A stretch of DNA of 64,000 nucleotides from Candidatus Moanibacter sp. (GTDB lineage Bacteria; Verrucomicrobiota; Verrucomicrobiia; Opitutales; UBA2987). Under the pieces are notes generated by a model. The model was not told the origin of the DNA, did no database searches, and worked only from the letters and a program-made list of their open reading frames with translations. The DNA lies in contig CBDCEW010000083.1 in assembly GCA_965215885.1 (NCBI GenBank), positions 6,117-70,116 of the forward strand, read 5' to 3'. Below are positions 37,189 to 46,971 of this stretch, one piece after another (within the stretch, counting starts at the first letter, position 1; every line of letters starts with the position of its first letter). The position numbers and the translations under genes were made by a program.

Positions 37189-39807
37189 TCAACGCTTCTT
37201 CCGCAGGAGGTAAAACGCCGGCAGCAAGAGCAGAGTAGTCGCCATCGTGAGGAGAACTCCGAGTGTTAGCAGCTTCCCCATACTTGCCGTTCCCTGATGG
37301 CTCAGGAAAATGAGAGTGCCGAAACTGAAAACCGTAGTAAGAGCGCTGAAAAGGACACCTCTCGCAGTGCTGGTCTTGAGGAAATCAGAATCCGAGTCAG
37401 CCAATTTTCGCATCCTGTGCACCATATGTATTCCATTGTCGACCCCGAGCCCAAGGAGGAGCGGCAACGCGATAATATTAGCGAAGTTGAATGGTATCTG
37501 TAAGAATACGGTAGAGGCTCCCGTGAATAGTCCAGCAACCAACAGGGGAAAGAGAACATAGAGAGAGTCCACAAAGTTTCGCAGGACAATAAAGAGCAAA
37601 ATCGAGATGAGAATTACCGCGCTGACAAAGGCCTGTTTAAACGAGCCGACCACGGCCCGGCCGGATTCGTAGGTAAAAATCGGACCGGAAGTAGCATCCG
37701 GCTCTACCGTTCTAACGTCCCACACAAATTTCTCGAGAGCGTCGTTATCTGAAATATCTTCTTCAGCAAAAACCTGAATACGAATCCCGCCATCTTCGCT
37801 CACCCACCGTTCGAACAGATCGCGCGGCAGATCTTTACGATTGAACGGCTCAGCCAAAAAAGCTTTCTTGAGCGTTCCCAAAGCAAACTGCAAGGTGCCC
37901 GTCAAACTTTTCTCAAGACTTTCCAGCCTCGGCTCACGCATTTCCACATTATTCGATTCGACGGCAGCGATAAAATCCTTCAACTGAACCGCCATCCGGG
38001 AAAGCTGCGCCCGCGCCGCAACTTCAGGGTATTCACTCAGTTTAGCCAGAAAATCTTCGATCTGCTCTATCTGTTCGTCCGAACTGGGCTTCGTCGTCTC
38101 GGGTAAATCGAGCAGAGAGGTTCCGATGATTAAATCCAGATCATCGATCAGGAGCATCTTTTCATCCTGATCCGTCGGCATGAAATCATGGATCGATACC
38201 ACCTTGTCGACCGTTTCCAGTTTCTCCAGGCGTTCGACAGTTTTTCGTGAATTCTCCTCATCATTTGCCAGCACAACTATGGTGGAGGGATGCTTTCCGC
38301 TGTCCCGGATTATGTCCATTATAGCCTCGATCGATTCCGTCTTCTGATCACGCAATTTAATTGGATCGAATTCAAACTTTGCCAGCGGAAGCGAAACTAG
38401 AGAACCAAAGACCAGCACGACGGCACACCATCGAATGAGGCGCGCGTGACGGTAGACGATTGATTTATTCTCAATTGAGGCACCCGCACCCTCGGCAGCC
38501 CCCGATTTCCTGCCTTTTTCGATTTGGAAGAGTCGAATTAACGCCGGTAGAACCGTCAGGCTTATTGCGAGACTGATGAACATACCCGTCCCGGAAATGA
38601 GCCCGAGTTCAGATACACCAGCGTAGGCGGTCGGAATAAATGAGTAAAAACCGATCGCGGTGGAGACCGTACACATCAAAAGCGATGGACCGATATCCAG
38701 GATACTCTCTCGTATCGCCTCTTCTTGGGAAATACCCTCTGCCACCAGCTCCTTGTAGCGCAGACAGAGGTGTATGGCATAATCGACGCCCATACCGATA
38801 TAGAGCACCGCAAAAGCGATGGAGATCAGGTTCAGGTGTCCAACCGCAAGAGTGGCGAATCCCGCCGTCAAAATGATACCCATGATGAGGGATAAGAGAG
38901 TCGCAAACACCATGGGAAGGGAGCGAAGTCCCGTAAACAGACAGAGGCACACCAATACCAGCGATGCGACACCGGCTCGGGTCGAACCCTCCATCAAACC
39001 AACCATCTCTTCGTGTCCCACTGCAGCGCCGCCCGTGGTGCGTACCCGAATACCCCATTTTCGCTCCAATTCCAGTTCATCTCCTATCGCCCCAATCACA
39101 TCGAGGGCTTCCCCCGCGGGAAATAGTCTGCTATAATCAAACCGAGGACGCACGATCACTAGCGTTCGACGATCAATGATATCCGATTCGCTGTCGCCCA
39201 TGACATCCTGCCACGACAACGCAAAGGGCTCTCCATTGAGATTGGCTGTAAGCGCCCGATTGATATTTCCAAATAGCGAATTCAGGTCTATATCGGGATC
39301 GTCATCGAGTAGCTCTACGGCCGTCTCGAGCATTTCAAAAAGCCCGCGTAGAGTCGGATCCTGGTACAGCGAAACCATGGCCGGCTGGGCCCGCGCCAGA
39401 TCGTTAGTCAGGTCTTCAAGTTCCTCGATATCCAGGAAAAGCAACCCGTTTTGCTCCAGAAAATCTCCTCCCCTCGGCAGATAGGTATCGATAAAAATCT
39501 CCTCTTTCTCACCCAACCGGTCCGCCAGAATGCGGGCCGCCTCTTTTGAGTATTCGGGTGTGTCCGCCTCCACCACGACGATGAGCAAACCGATATGCCT
39601 GGGAAAGGCTGCCTTATACTCAGCGTAGATCCGCCTGAATGGCAGATCGGTCGATATCATTTCGTTGGCGTCGGTATTGAAACCTAGATTTCGAACCACG
39701 TAAACCGCGGTTGCAGCAGTGAACAAAAGGCCGGCGATGACAACCCAAAGGGCATAATGATAGACCCCCTTACCGATCCAGGTCAGTGTTCGTGTTATTA
39801 TCCCCAT
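37189..39807 (-). CDS. hpnN: Hopanoid-associated RND/MMPL-type transporter
   Basis: 872 aa with two bundles of about six TM segments, large periplasmic loops and the RND pattern. It lies 4 nt downstream of hpnG in a hopanoid cluster. Confidence 0.85.
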   Translation of the reverse strand: MGIITRTLTWIGKGVYHYALWVVIAGLLFTAATAVYVVRNLGFNTDANEMISTDLPFRRIYAEYKAAFPRHIGLLIVVVEADTPEYSKEAARILADRLGEKEEIFIDTYLPRGGDFLEQNGLLFLDIEELEDLTNDLARAQPAMVSLYQDPTLRGLFEMLETAVELLDDDPDIDLNSLFGNINRALTANLNGEPFALSWQDVMGDSESDIIDRRTLVIVRPRFDYSRLFPAGEALDVIGAIGDELELERKWGIRVRTTGGAAVGHEEMVGLMEGSTRAGVASLVLVCLCLFTGLRSLPMVFATLLSLIMGIILTAGFATLAVGHLNLISIAFAVLYIGMGVDYAIHLCLRYKELVAEGISQEEAIRESILDIGPSLLMCTVSTAIGFYSFIPTAYAGVSELGLISGTGMFISLAISLTVLPALIRLFQIEKGRKSGAAEGAGASIENKSIVYRHARLIRWCAVVLVFGSLVSLPLAKFEFDPIKLRDQKTESIEAIMDIIRDSGKHPSTIVVLANDEENSRKTVERLEKLETVDKVVSIHDFMPTDQDEKMLLIDDLDLIIGTSLLDLPETTKPSSDEQIEQIEDFLAKLSEYPEVAARAQLSRMAVQLKDFIAAVESNNVEMREPRLESLEKSLTGTLQFALGTLKKAFLAEPFNRKDLPRDLFERWVSEDGGIRIQVFAEEDISDNDALEKFVWDVRTVEPDATSGPIFTYESGRAVVGSFKQAFVSAVILISILLFIVLRNFVDSLYVLFPLLVAGLFTGASTVFLQIPFNFANIIALPLLLGLGVDNGIHMVHRMRKLADSDSDFLKTSTARGVLFSALTTVFSFGTLIFLSHQGTASMGKLLTLGVLLTMATTLLLLPAFYLLRKKR

Positions 39808-39811
39808 TGTT

Positions 39812-40537
39812 TCATATACCTAAAAAGAAACTGTCCGACTCCCGCAAATGGTTCGCGACCCGCTTCAAAGTTTTCTCGGCCTCGCCAAACTGCCGGGCGA
39901 GTTTCATCAATGCCGGTAATTCGTAAGGACGAAACATCAATCGCAAAAACACTTTCAGTCTTCTCGCCGTCCCATGAGTTTTATCCATAGAGCTTTGAAC
40001 GCATTGCGGTATTCCTGAATCATATCCATCAGCAACCGCGCAGACGGCAAGAAACGGCTTCTTTCTCCTCTTCGCAACAGCGGCTGCCGGGGCGCTTTCC
40101 ATGTCCACGATATCCGCACCCCACCGCTCCCGCAGCAATCGTTTTCCCGCGGGTTGGGCGACTAGATTATCGCTGTGGATAAGGCACCCTCCATTCGGGG
40201 TAACCGATCCCGATAACCGATCGTAGAGCCGATTCCTCCATTCGGCATCGACCGTGAGCTCGTCCTGACCGTCTCTCATCAACCGCTCGGGCAACACAAG
40301 ATCGCCCGCCTTCAACCGGGGATTGAGGGACGCTGCACATCCCCATTTCATGAGCCCATCGGCTCCTGATTCCACCAGTGCCTCACTCGCCTTGTGCGCA
40401 TTTTCGGGCCCCATTCCGGAACAGAGACATATAATACCGGATTCGATCTCAATCAATTTTCCAGTGCGGCCATTCTCAGGCGTTAAACTTCCCAGCTCTT
40501 CAGGAAGGGCGACAACGATACCAAGCACAGTCTTCAC
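39812..40537 (-). CDS. hpnG: Hopanoid-associated nucleosidase/phosphorylase (PNP_UDP_1 family)
   Basis: 241 aa with LGIVVALPEE, the nucleosidase-type motif IVDMESAPAA and a 4-nt overlap with the shc stop. Confidence 0.75.
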   Translation of the reverse strand: MKTVLGIVVALPEELGSLTPENGRTGKLIEIESGIICLCSGMGPENAHKASEALVESGADGLMKWGCAASLNPRLKAGDLVLPERLMRDGQDELTVDAEWRNRLYDRLSGSVTPNGGCLIHSDNLVAQPAGKRLLRERWGADIVDMESAPAAAVAKRRKKPFLAVCAVADGYDSGIPQCVQSSMDKTHGTARRLKVFLRLMFRPYELPALMKLARQFGEAEKTLKRVANHLRESDSFFLGI

Positions 40538-42513
40538 GCATTCCCATCCCGCTTTTCAATTGTTTGCAACCGTCGATACCGGCTCAAAGCCCACAACGGG
40601 AAGAATTTATCGTACCCGTGATATTTCAGATAGAACACCCTGGGGAAACCCGGAGCCGTAAATCCTTCGTCCTCCCAAAGGCCACCGGCCGACTGTCTTT
40701 CCAGGAGAAAGCGAATTCCCCTTTCTACAGCCGAGGAGTTTACCTCTCCGCCCGCCAACAAACCGAGAACAGCCCAGGCAGTCTGAAAGGAATTACTCTG
40801 CTCGGCCCTTCCCCGTGCTTCCACCATGGTGTATGAGTCATTGCTTTCTCCCCACCCCCCATCTACGCGTTGCCTCTCTTTAAGCCAATCGATCGCCTTG
40901 CGAATTACGGGATCGTTCTTTCCGATTCCAGCCAGTTCAAATGCAATCAATACCGACCACGTGCCGTAGATATAGTTCGTGCCCCAGCGCCCGAACCAGG
41001 AACCATCCTCTTCCTGCTCCTCTCTCAGAAATTTGAGACAGGAATGTAGCACCGGCCGATAGGTTTCCCTTCCACCTTTCATGGCCGACAGAAACATCAG
41101 GCACCGCGCGCTCACGTCACTCGTAGGTGGATCAAGCAAAGCTCCGTGATCCGCAAATGGAATCTCGTTGAGATAGTAATAGCAGTTGTCAGCATCAAAC
41201 GCCGCAAAACCTCCGTTCTTCGATTGCATTCCGGCCAACCATTCCGCCGCCCTCTTCACCGGCTCCTCAAAATGATCCTCCTCGCTTCTCACCATGGCCA
41301 AAGCGGCCACCGCCGTGTCATCGAGATCCGGATAATGCGAGTTCCGAAATTGGAAGGGCCATCCTCCCCCGCGAAGGTTCGGCCGGTATTCGCTCCAGTC
41401 ACCCGGTTGATCGAGAAGCTGCAAACCGACAAGCCATTCCAGGGCACGGTTGACCGAGAGCATCATTTCCGGCTCTCGCCCTTCCAGAAGGGTGAGGCTC
41501 GCCAGCGCCGTATCCCACACCGGAGAAACACACGGCTGGCAGTAGGCTCTCTCCTCCTCGACCACAAGCAGTTTTCTAATCGCCAACCGTGCTGTCACAC
41601 AGTAGGGGTGGTCCGCCGCATAGCCGAGGCAGCGGAGCGCTTCGTAGGCATTGACCATGGCGGGAAATATTGCGCCCAACCCACTATCTCCATTCAGGCG
41701 TTCGACAAACCACTCTTCCGCCTTTTTTAAAGCGTGCCGCCGCAGAGAGCGTGGAATGACAGGTTCAAGAGTGCGCCCTAATTTATCAAAGCCGAGAAAA
41801 AGATAATTGAGGCACGAGCGAACCGGAAAATAGTCCCTCTCTTCTTCAGGCGCCATAGTAAAAAGCTCACGGATGGATATGTTCCTGGGATTTTTTGCTC
41901 TTGGCTTAAGGGTGCAGAGAATAATGAGAGGCACCATAACCGTTCGGGACCAATACGATATTTTGAGAAGGTGAAAGGGAAACCACCGGGGAAGAAGCAC
42001 GATTTCCACTGGGATAAACGGCACCCCTCTCCATGGAATCTGTTCAAATAATGCGAGCGCGATTCGCGTGAAAACGTTGCACCGGGCGGCGCCCCCCATC
42101 GCCAGAACCCTCTCACGCGCAATCGCCATGTGCGGCGCCTCCGGAAAGTCACCGATGAGCTTCAGGGCGAAATAAGCCTTTACGGTGCAGCTCACATTCG
42201 CTTCCCCGCCCGTATATAGTGGCCAACCTCCATCTTCCATCTGACGTTCCCTGATATAAACCCCAATCTTTGCCTCCAAATCTTCATCGATCTCATCCAG
42301 ATAGTGCATCATTAGCACATACTCTGCCGGGATGGTACAGTCGGCCTCCAATTCAAAACACCAGTACCCATCCGGATGTTGCAGCTCCAGCAAAGCGCGC
42401 TGGGCCCTCTCTATCGCCTCACCGATGAGCCCCAGCTGAGGCTCATCTCCCGCTAGTCCCGGCAAGCCGGGATCGGACTTTATGCTTCTTTCGAAGGATT
42501 TATTCGGTTTCAT
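40534..42513 (-). CDS. shc: Squalene-hopene cyclase
   Basis: 659 aa with the DxDDTA catalytic motif (YPDLDDTAVA) and multiple QW repeats (for example QxxDGGWG, QEEDGSWFGRWG, QSAGGLWED). Confidence 0.95.
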   Translation of the reverse strand: MKPNKSFERSIKSDPGLPGLAGDEPQLGLIGEAIERAQRALLELQHPDGYWCFELEADCTIPAEYVLMMHYLDEIDEDLEAKIGVYIRERQMEDGGWPLYTGGEANVSCTVKAYFALKLIGDFPEAPHMAIARERVLAMGGAARCNVFTRIALALFEQIPWRGVPFIPVEIVLLPRWFPFHLLKISYWSRTVMVPLIILCTLKPRAKNPRNISIRELFTMAPEEERDYFPVRSCLNYLFLGFDKLGRTLEPVIPRSLRRHALKKAEEWFVERLNGDSGLGAIFPAMVNAYEALRCLGYAADHPYCVTARLAIRKLLVVEEERAYCQPCVSPVWDTALASLTLLEGREPEMMLSVNRALEWLVGLQLLDQPGDWSEYRPNLRGGGWPFQFRNSHYPDLDDTAVAALAMVRSEEDHFEEPVKRAAEWLAGMQSKNGGFAAFDADNCYYYLNEIPFADHGALLDPPTSDVSARCLMFLSAMKGGRETYRPVLHSCLKFLREEQEEDGSWFGRWGTNYIYGTWSVLIAFELAGIGKNDPVIRKAIDWLKERQRVDGGWGESNDSYTMVEARGRAEQSNSFQTAWAVLGLLAGGEVNSSAVERGIRFLLERQSAGGLWEDEGFTAPGFPRVFYLKYHGYDKFFPLWALSRYRRLQTIEKRDGNA

Positions 42514-42621
42514 TCCGATCCCGGCCTGCCGGGACTAGCAATAAGAAAATGAATCCGCCATCGCCAAGTTCGATTTCAGTTGTCTCTACGAGCCTGTCGG
42601 CAAAGTCCGACTGGCTCCTAG

Positions 42622-43722
42622 CTAGGAATCAGCATGCGGTAACCGCATCCCGGCAAGGTAGAAAAGTGACTTAAGCAAGGTGTCGCTTGTGACCGTAATT
42701 TGGGTAGCAAGAATCGTTGCCTTCACGCTCCTGCGTGAGATCTTTACCTCGTTGCCGTGCGCAAATGCTCGATTCGTATTAATGTTTCGCAAGGTCAGCA
42801 CAGCCATACCGATATTCCAAAGGCAGAATTTCCTGATGCCGGTCTCTCTTTTTGGGACAAGCAAAGTGTAGGTGAGCGCCTTGTTCAGATGCCCATGGGC
42901 GACTCCTATGAGACATTCCAACCCTCTTGAGAAACCTTCACTTCTATGCACGCTCGCCAGATCCCTCAATTCGATACCCTCCCTGGAAAACACATCCCGT
43001 GGTAACCAGCATGCGGATCGTTTCTTATCATCCCAAATGTCCTTTAGTATATTGGTCATCTGTAAACCTTGTCCAAATGACACAGCCAGCTTCATCATTA
43101 CATCACGATTTTTCGCTGTCTCCTCTGAGTAATGGCAGAACAATCTCGTCAGCAATTCCCCGACCACCCCTGCCACGAAATAGCAGTACCGATCCATTTC
43201 CGATAGATCCTGGAGCCCATCTTCGCACCCTTCGCTTTGAAAGTGGGCCATTCCGTTTGCCATTATGCGGATGCAGTTCTCTAGAATTTCTCGCACTTCT
43301 CTATCAAATTCACAGCTGATGCGGATCACCCGGGGAGTCACCTGGATCAGCTCTCGCTCCTCGGGAATAGTCTCTTCCGAAAGGAGCGGAAACAGGTCAT
43401 CGGCAAACGCTTCAGCGCCATCGTTCCCGGCTACTACTCTGACAAATCGCTCACAATAATCCTGCTTTTCTTTCGCTTTTAAGGCCGGTTCGTCTTCGAT
43501 CGTATCGACGATGCGGCATAAGAGATAGGCGTTCGACACGACAAAGCGAAGCTCAGAGGGAAGCTGTGGAATCGTCAGGGCAAAGGTCCGCGATACACCC
43601 TCTAAGAGATGGGCCTGGAATTCCTCATCATTCAAATTGGCCAAGCCGGTCGGGGAAGCTGGGTCTTCAGAAAAGCAAATTCCTCTATCTGCTACCGGGC
43701 CAATCATATCAGGTAACTCCAA
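42622..43722 (-). CDS. sqs: Squalene synthase (farnesyl-diphosphate farnesyltransferase, single-enzyme SQS type)
   Basis: 366 aa. SRTFALTIPQLP, NAYLLCRIVDTIEDEP (DTxED) and GLQMTNILKDIWDDKKRSACWLPRDVF match SQS rather than the HpnC/HpnD pattern. Confidence 0.85.
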   Translation of the reverse strand: MELPDMIGPVADRGICFSEDPASPTGLANLNDEEFQAHLLEGVSRTFALTIPQLPSELRFVVSNAYLLCRIVDTIEDEPALKAKEKQDYCERFVRVVAGNDGAEAFADDLFPLLSEETIPEERELIQVTPRVIRISCEFDREVREILENCIRIMANGMAHFQSEGCEDGLQDLSEMDRYCYFVAGVVGELLTRLFCHYSEETAKNRDVMMKLAVSFGQGLQMTNILKDIWDDKKRSACWLPRDVFSREGIELRDLASVHRSEGFSRGLECLIGVAHGHLNKALTYTLLVPKRETGIRKFCLWNIGMAVLTLRNINTNRAFAHGNEVKISRRSVKATILATQITVTSDTLLKSLFYLAGMRLPHADS

Positions 43723-44066
43723 GGCGACGAGTAATTAAAAACGAGACCATTCACGAATACTGATGTCAAGCCAGGAATCTGTCCGCCCGCATTCGATTTT
43801 CGACTACGCTTATGATTACGATTGCGGATTGATCGGATATCCACTCGAATGTCGTCGTAATCGTAGTCGATCGTCGATTTCAGTCCTCCGAATTTCGTCT
43901 ACGATTATGACCTACGACAAAAGATCGAACACATTCCTCCTTCTCCCATCGTGACTCTCAATCGTGATCTGATGTCGAAGGGCTCTTCCTCATTTTGACA
44001 TTGACCGCTGGAGTGAGACGACCAATCATCAGAGGCACCGTATAAGCAGAATTAAAAAGGAATGCT

Positions 44067-45026
44067 ATGGATGTTGTTTTAGCACAACCACGTGGATTTT
44101 GCGCCGGAGTCGTCCGTGCCATCGAGATTGTTGAATCCGCCTTGGACATTTACGGACCCCCGGTGTATGTCCATCATGAGATTGTCCACAATCAACGTGT
44201 TGTTGAGGATCTCCGGTCTCGAGGAGCCATTTTTACAGATGAACTGGAGGACGTTCCACCGGGAGCGCCCCTGATTTTCAGCGCCCATGGTGTGGCCACA
44301 GCAAAGGTCGAAGAGGCAAAGAGTCGTGGCCTCAATACTATCGATGCGACCTGTCCCCTTGTTACGAAGGTCCACCTCCAGGTCGTTCGCCACGCCCGAC
44401 AGGCACGCGAAGTCATTCTCATCGGTCACGAACGGCATGTTGAGGTAAACGGCACTATCGGCCATTACGACAAGAGTTTTGGCGGCGATATCTATCTCGT
44501 CGAAACTGTCGATGATGTTGCCAAACTCAATGTCAAGAATCCGGAGGACCTCGCTTACGTTACGCAGACCACACTCTCCGTCGACGACACCAAGGATATT
44601 ATCGCGGCTCTCCGGGAGCGCTTTCCCGAAATCGTCGGTCCTCGCAAGGATGATATTTGCTACGCCACCCAGAATCGACAGTTGGCAGTTAAAGAAATGT
44701 CCGATGAGGTTGACACGCTTATCGTGGTCGGCGCACGCAATAGCTCAAATTCCAATCGCTTGCGCGAGGTCGGTGAACACAAGGGCTTGCGAGCCTATCT
44801 CGTACAGGACGCTGAAGATATGGAAGAATCGTGGTTCCAGGACGGTTCCCGCATAGGCGTCACGGCGGGCGCATCGGCCCCAGAGGTATTAGTCCAGGAG
44901 GTCCTTCAAAAACTTCAAGCATTGGGTCACACTGACATCAAACAGATGGAAGCCGAACCTGAGGGAGTCACCTTTCCACTTCCCTCTTCCTTGAGAGGAA
45001 AACTCTCCGAAACCGCGAACGCCTGA
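44067..45026 (+). CDS. ispH: 4-Hydroxy-3-methylbut-2-enyl diphosphate reductase
   Basis: 319 aa with [30 protein letters not shown] and ICYATQNRQ. Confidence 0.95.
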   Translation: MDVVLAQPRGFCAGVVRAIEIVESALDIYGPPVYVHHEIVHNQRVVEDLRSRGAIFTDELEDVPPGAPLIFSAHGVATAKVEEAKSRGLNTIDATCPLVTKVHLQVVRHARQAREVILIGHERHVEVNGTIGHYDKSFGGDIYLVETVDDVAKLNVKNPEDLAYVTQTTLSVDDTKDIIAALRERFPEIVGPRKDDICYATQNRQLAVKEMSDEVDTLIVVGARNSSNSNRLREVGEHKGLRAYLVQDAEDMEESWFQDGSRIGVTAGASAPEVLVQEVLQKLQALGHTDIKQMEAEPEGVTFPLPSSLRGKLSETANA

Positions 45027-45164
45027 GTCGTTTTTCCTGAAACCGTCGATAGATTTAACTTGGTACTTTCCTGTCCCGGTATGCCAGGACAGCGCCGCTA
45101 GCTTTCTTTAGCATCATATACTTTACAGTTCACCTCCGCGGTGCGTGTTTAGGGGTATCGGAAA

Positions 45165-45344
45165 TCCCCCGGCCTCGCGCCGGGGATCATTAGGATTTCG
45201 TGCTAAATGGGGAGATATATATGCCGTTTCCCTGTGCCCCCTGACAGACGCTCGCGTCCGCGAGCGTCTGTCAGGGGGCACAGGAGTACGCACAGTGCTT
45301 GTAGCAACAGAAACCAGCGTCACCCCGGCGCGAGGCCCGGGGGA
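45165..45344. repeat. Family-G element with perfect 26-bp-stem hairpin
   Basis: Inverted termini are TCCCCCGGCCTCGCGCCGGGGA (45165) and CACCCCGGCGCGAGGCCCGGGGGA (45321-45344). The central perfect inverted repeat is 45231-45256 / 45259-45284. Confidence 0.75.
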
Positions 45345-45500
45345 GCATCAAAACGCTAAACAGATACCCTCCTCCGGAGGTGCTATGGGTGGATATTCGG
45401 TCCTCACAAGATCAATCGACCAGACCCTGCTACATTCCGCAGAACCGTGTTTGGCAGCGGATTGCCCAAATTATAGGTAGAATTCAACTAATTCCCGACC

Positions 45501-46664
45501 ATGGAAACGATAAGCCTGCTCCTTGCGGGAAGCGCCTTCATAATTTGGCTGGTCGTTCTCTGCCTGCCTTGGCAAGCGTGGCGAACCAACGAGGTCTTCT
45601 CGGTCGAAGGCGATCACAAGGCACGGAATATCGAGGATGTAACCGTACTCATTCCCGCCCGCAACGAGGAAGCGGTTATTGCGCAGACTATTGATTCGGT
45701 TATCAGTCAAGGCGACGGAATTCATGTCATCCTGATTGATGATCAATCAGACGACCGAACTGCCGGCCTCGCTGAATCTCGTGCCGGGAAGCACCTGACC
45801 ATCATTGACGGAGCTAACCTGCCCGATGGATGGATCGGCAAACTCTGGGCGCTGCAGCAAGCCTATATGCAGGTAAATACACCGTTTACGCTTCTTCTTG
45901 ATGCCGACATCGAACTCGGCGCCGACGTTATTGGCAAGCTGCGCGAGAAGATGAACCACGAAAATCTTCATTTTGTCTCTCTCATGGCCGCTCCCCCCAT
46001 GCAAAGCTTTTGGGAGCAACTTCTGATGCCCGCCTTTGTCTTCTTCTTTAAGCTCCTCTATCCATTCAGTTTGGTGAATTCCAAGACTTCGAGAGTTGCC
46101 GCGGCAGCGGGCGGCTGCGTTCTCGTGAAAACAGAAGTGCTCAAGGATATTGGCGGTTTCGCGTCCATCAGATCCGAACTCATCGACGATTGCGCCCTTG
46201 CTCGGCGCGCCAAATCTATGGGTTATACCATCTGGCTGGGACTCACAAGATCGGTGAGAAGTGCTCGACCCTATCCAAATCTCGGGGAAATCTGGAACAT
46301 GGTAGCGCGCACCGCCTATACTCAGCTACATTATTCTCCTGCCCTGCTGTTGCTCTGCACCGCCCTGATGACGGTCGCTTTTATCGTTCCGCTCATCATG
46401 CTCGCTAACTCCTCCGGGTTCGTTCAACTCCTCGGAGGTGCCGCATTCCTCGGAATGATCGTGTCAAATCTACCGACCCTCAGGTTCTACAGGCGCTCTC
46501 CCCTATGGTCGCTTCTTATGCCCTTGACCGCTTCACTTTATCTCGCCATGACCTGGACTTCGGCCTTACGTTTCTGGGGTGGCAATCGCTCCATCTGGAA
46601 GGGTAGAATCTACCAGAGAGTTGATAGTCAAAATGCAGACCGATCTATCCGGGAGATTTCGTGA
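45501..46664 (+). CDS. hpnB: Hopanoid-associated family-2 glycosyltransferase
   Basis: 387 aa with an N-terminal TM segment, VTVLIPARNEE...ILIDDQSDDRT (GT2 DxD region) and C-terminal TM segments. Its location is in the hpn cluster. Confidence 0.75.
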   Translation: METISLLLAGSAFIIWLVVLCLPWQAWRTNEVFSVEGDHKARNIEDVTVLIPARNEEAVIAQTIDSVISQGDGIHVILIDDQSDDRTAGLAESRAGKHLTIIDGANLPDGWIGKLWALQQAYMQVNTPFTLLLDADIELGADVIGKLREKMNHENLHFVSLMAAPPMQSFWEQLLMPAFVFFFKLLYPFSLVNSKTSRVAAAAGGCVLVKTEVLKDIGGFASIRSELIDDCALARRAKSMGYTIWLGLTRSVRSARPYPNLGEIWNMVARTAYTQLHYSPALLLLCTALMTVAFIVPLIMLANSSGFVQLLGGAAFLGMIVSNLPTLRFYRRSPLWSLLMPLTASLYLAMTWTSALRFWGGNRSIWKGRIYQRVDSQNADRSIREIS

Positions 46665-46695
46665 GATTTACCGATTGAACTAAGCGAATATTTTG

Positions 46696-46934
46696 TGTGT
46701 TTAGCGTGATGGCTTTTGGTCTTAAATTACTTGCAAGTCTATTCGAGCTTCGGGGTCATGTCCTTGAGAAGTGGTTGTTTTTCCGCTTCGCTGAGGGGGT
46801 CAGGCCTTGCAAACCGCCCCTCGCACGCTCCGGGCAATTTGCTAAGGCGGCTGACCCCGAAAAATAACGGCTTCTAAGGCTTGACCCCTTGCTGGAAACG
46901 CCGAATTAATGCAATATCCATCGCGCTAAACACG
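46696..46934. mobile_element. Family-D MITE-like element flanked by a perfect 15-bp direct repeat
   Basis: The TIR TGTGTTTAGCGTGATGG (46696-46712) matches the reverse complement of 46918-46934 (CGTGTTTAGCGCGATGG). The flanking direct repeat TAAGCGAATATTTTG lies at 46681-46695 and 46935-46949. A second copy is at 52487-52726. Confidence 0.8.
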
Positions 46935-46971
46935 TAAGCGAATATTTTGCTTCCTCTAGTCTCATATCCAT

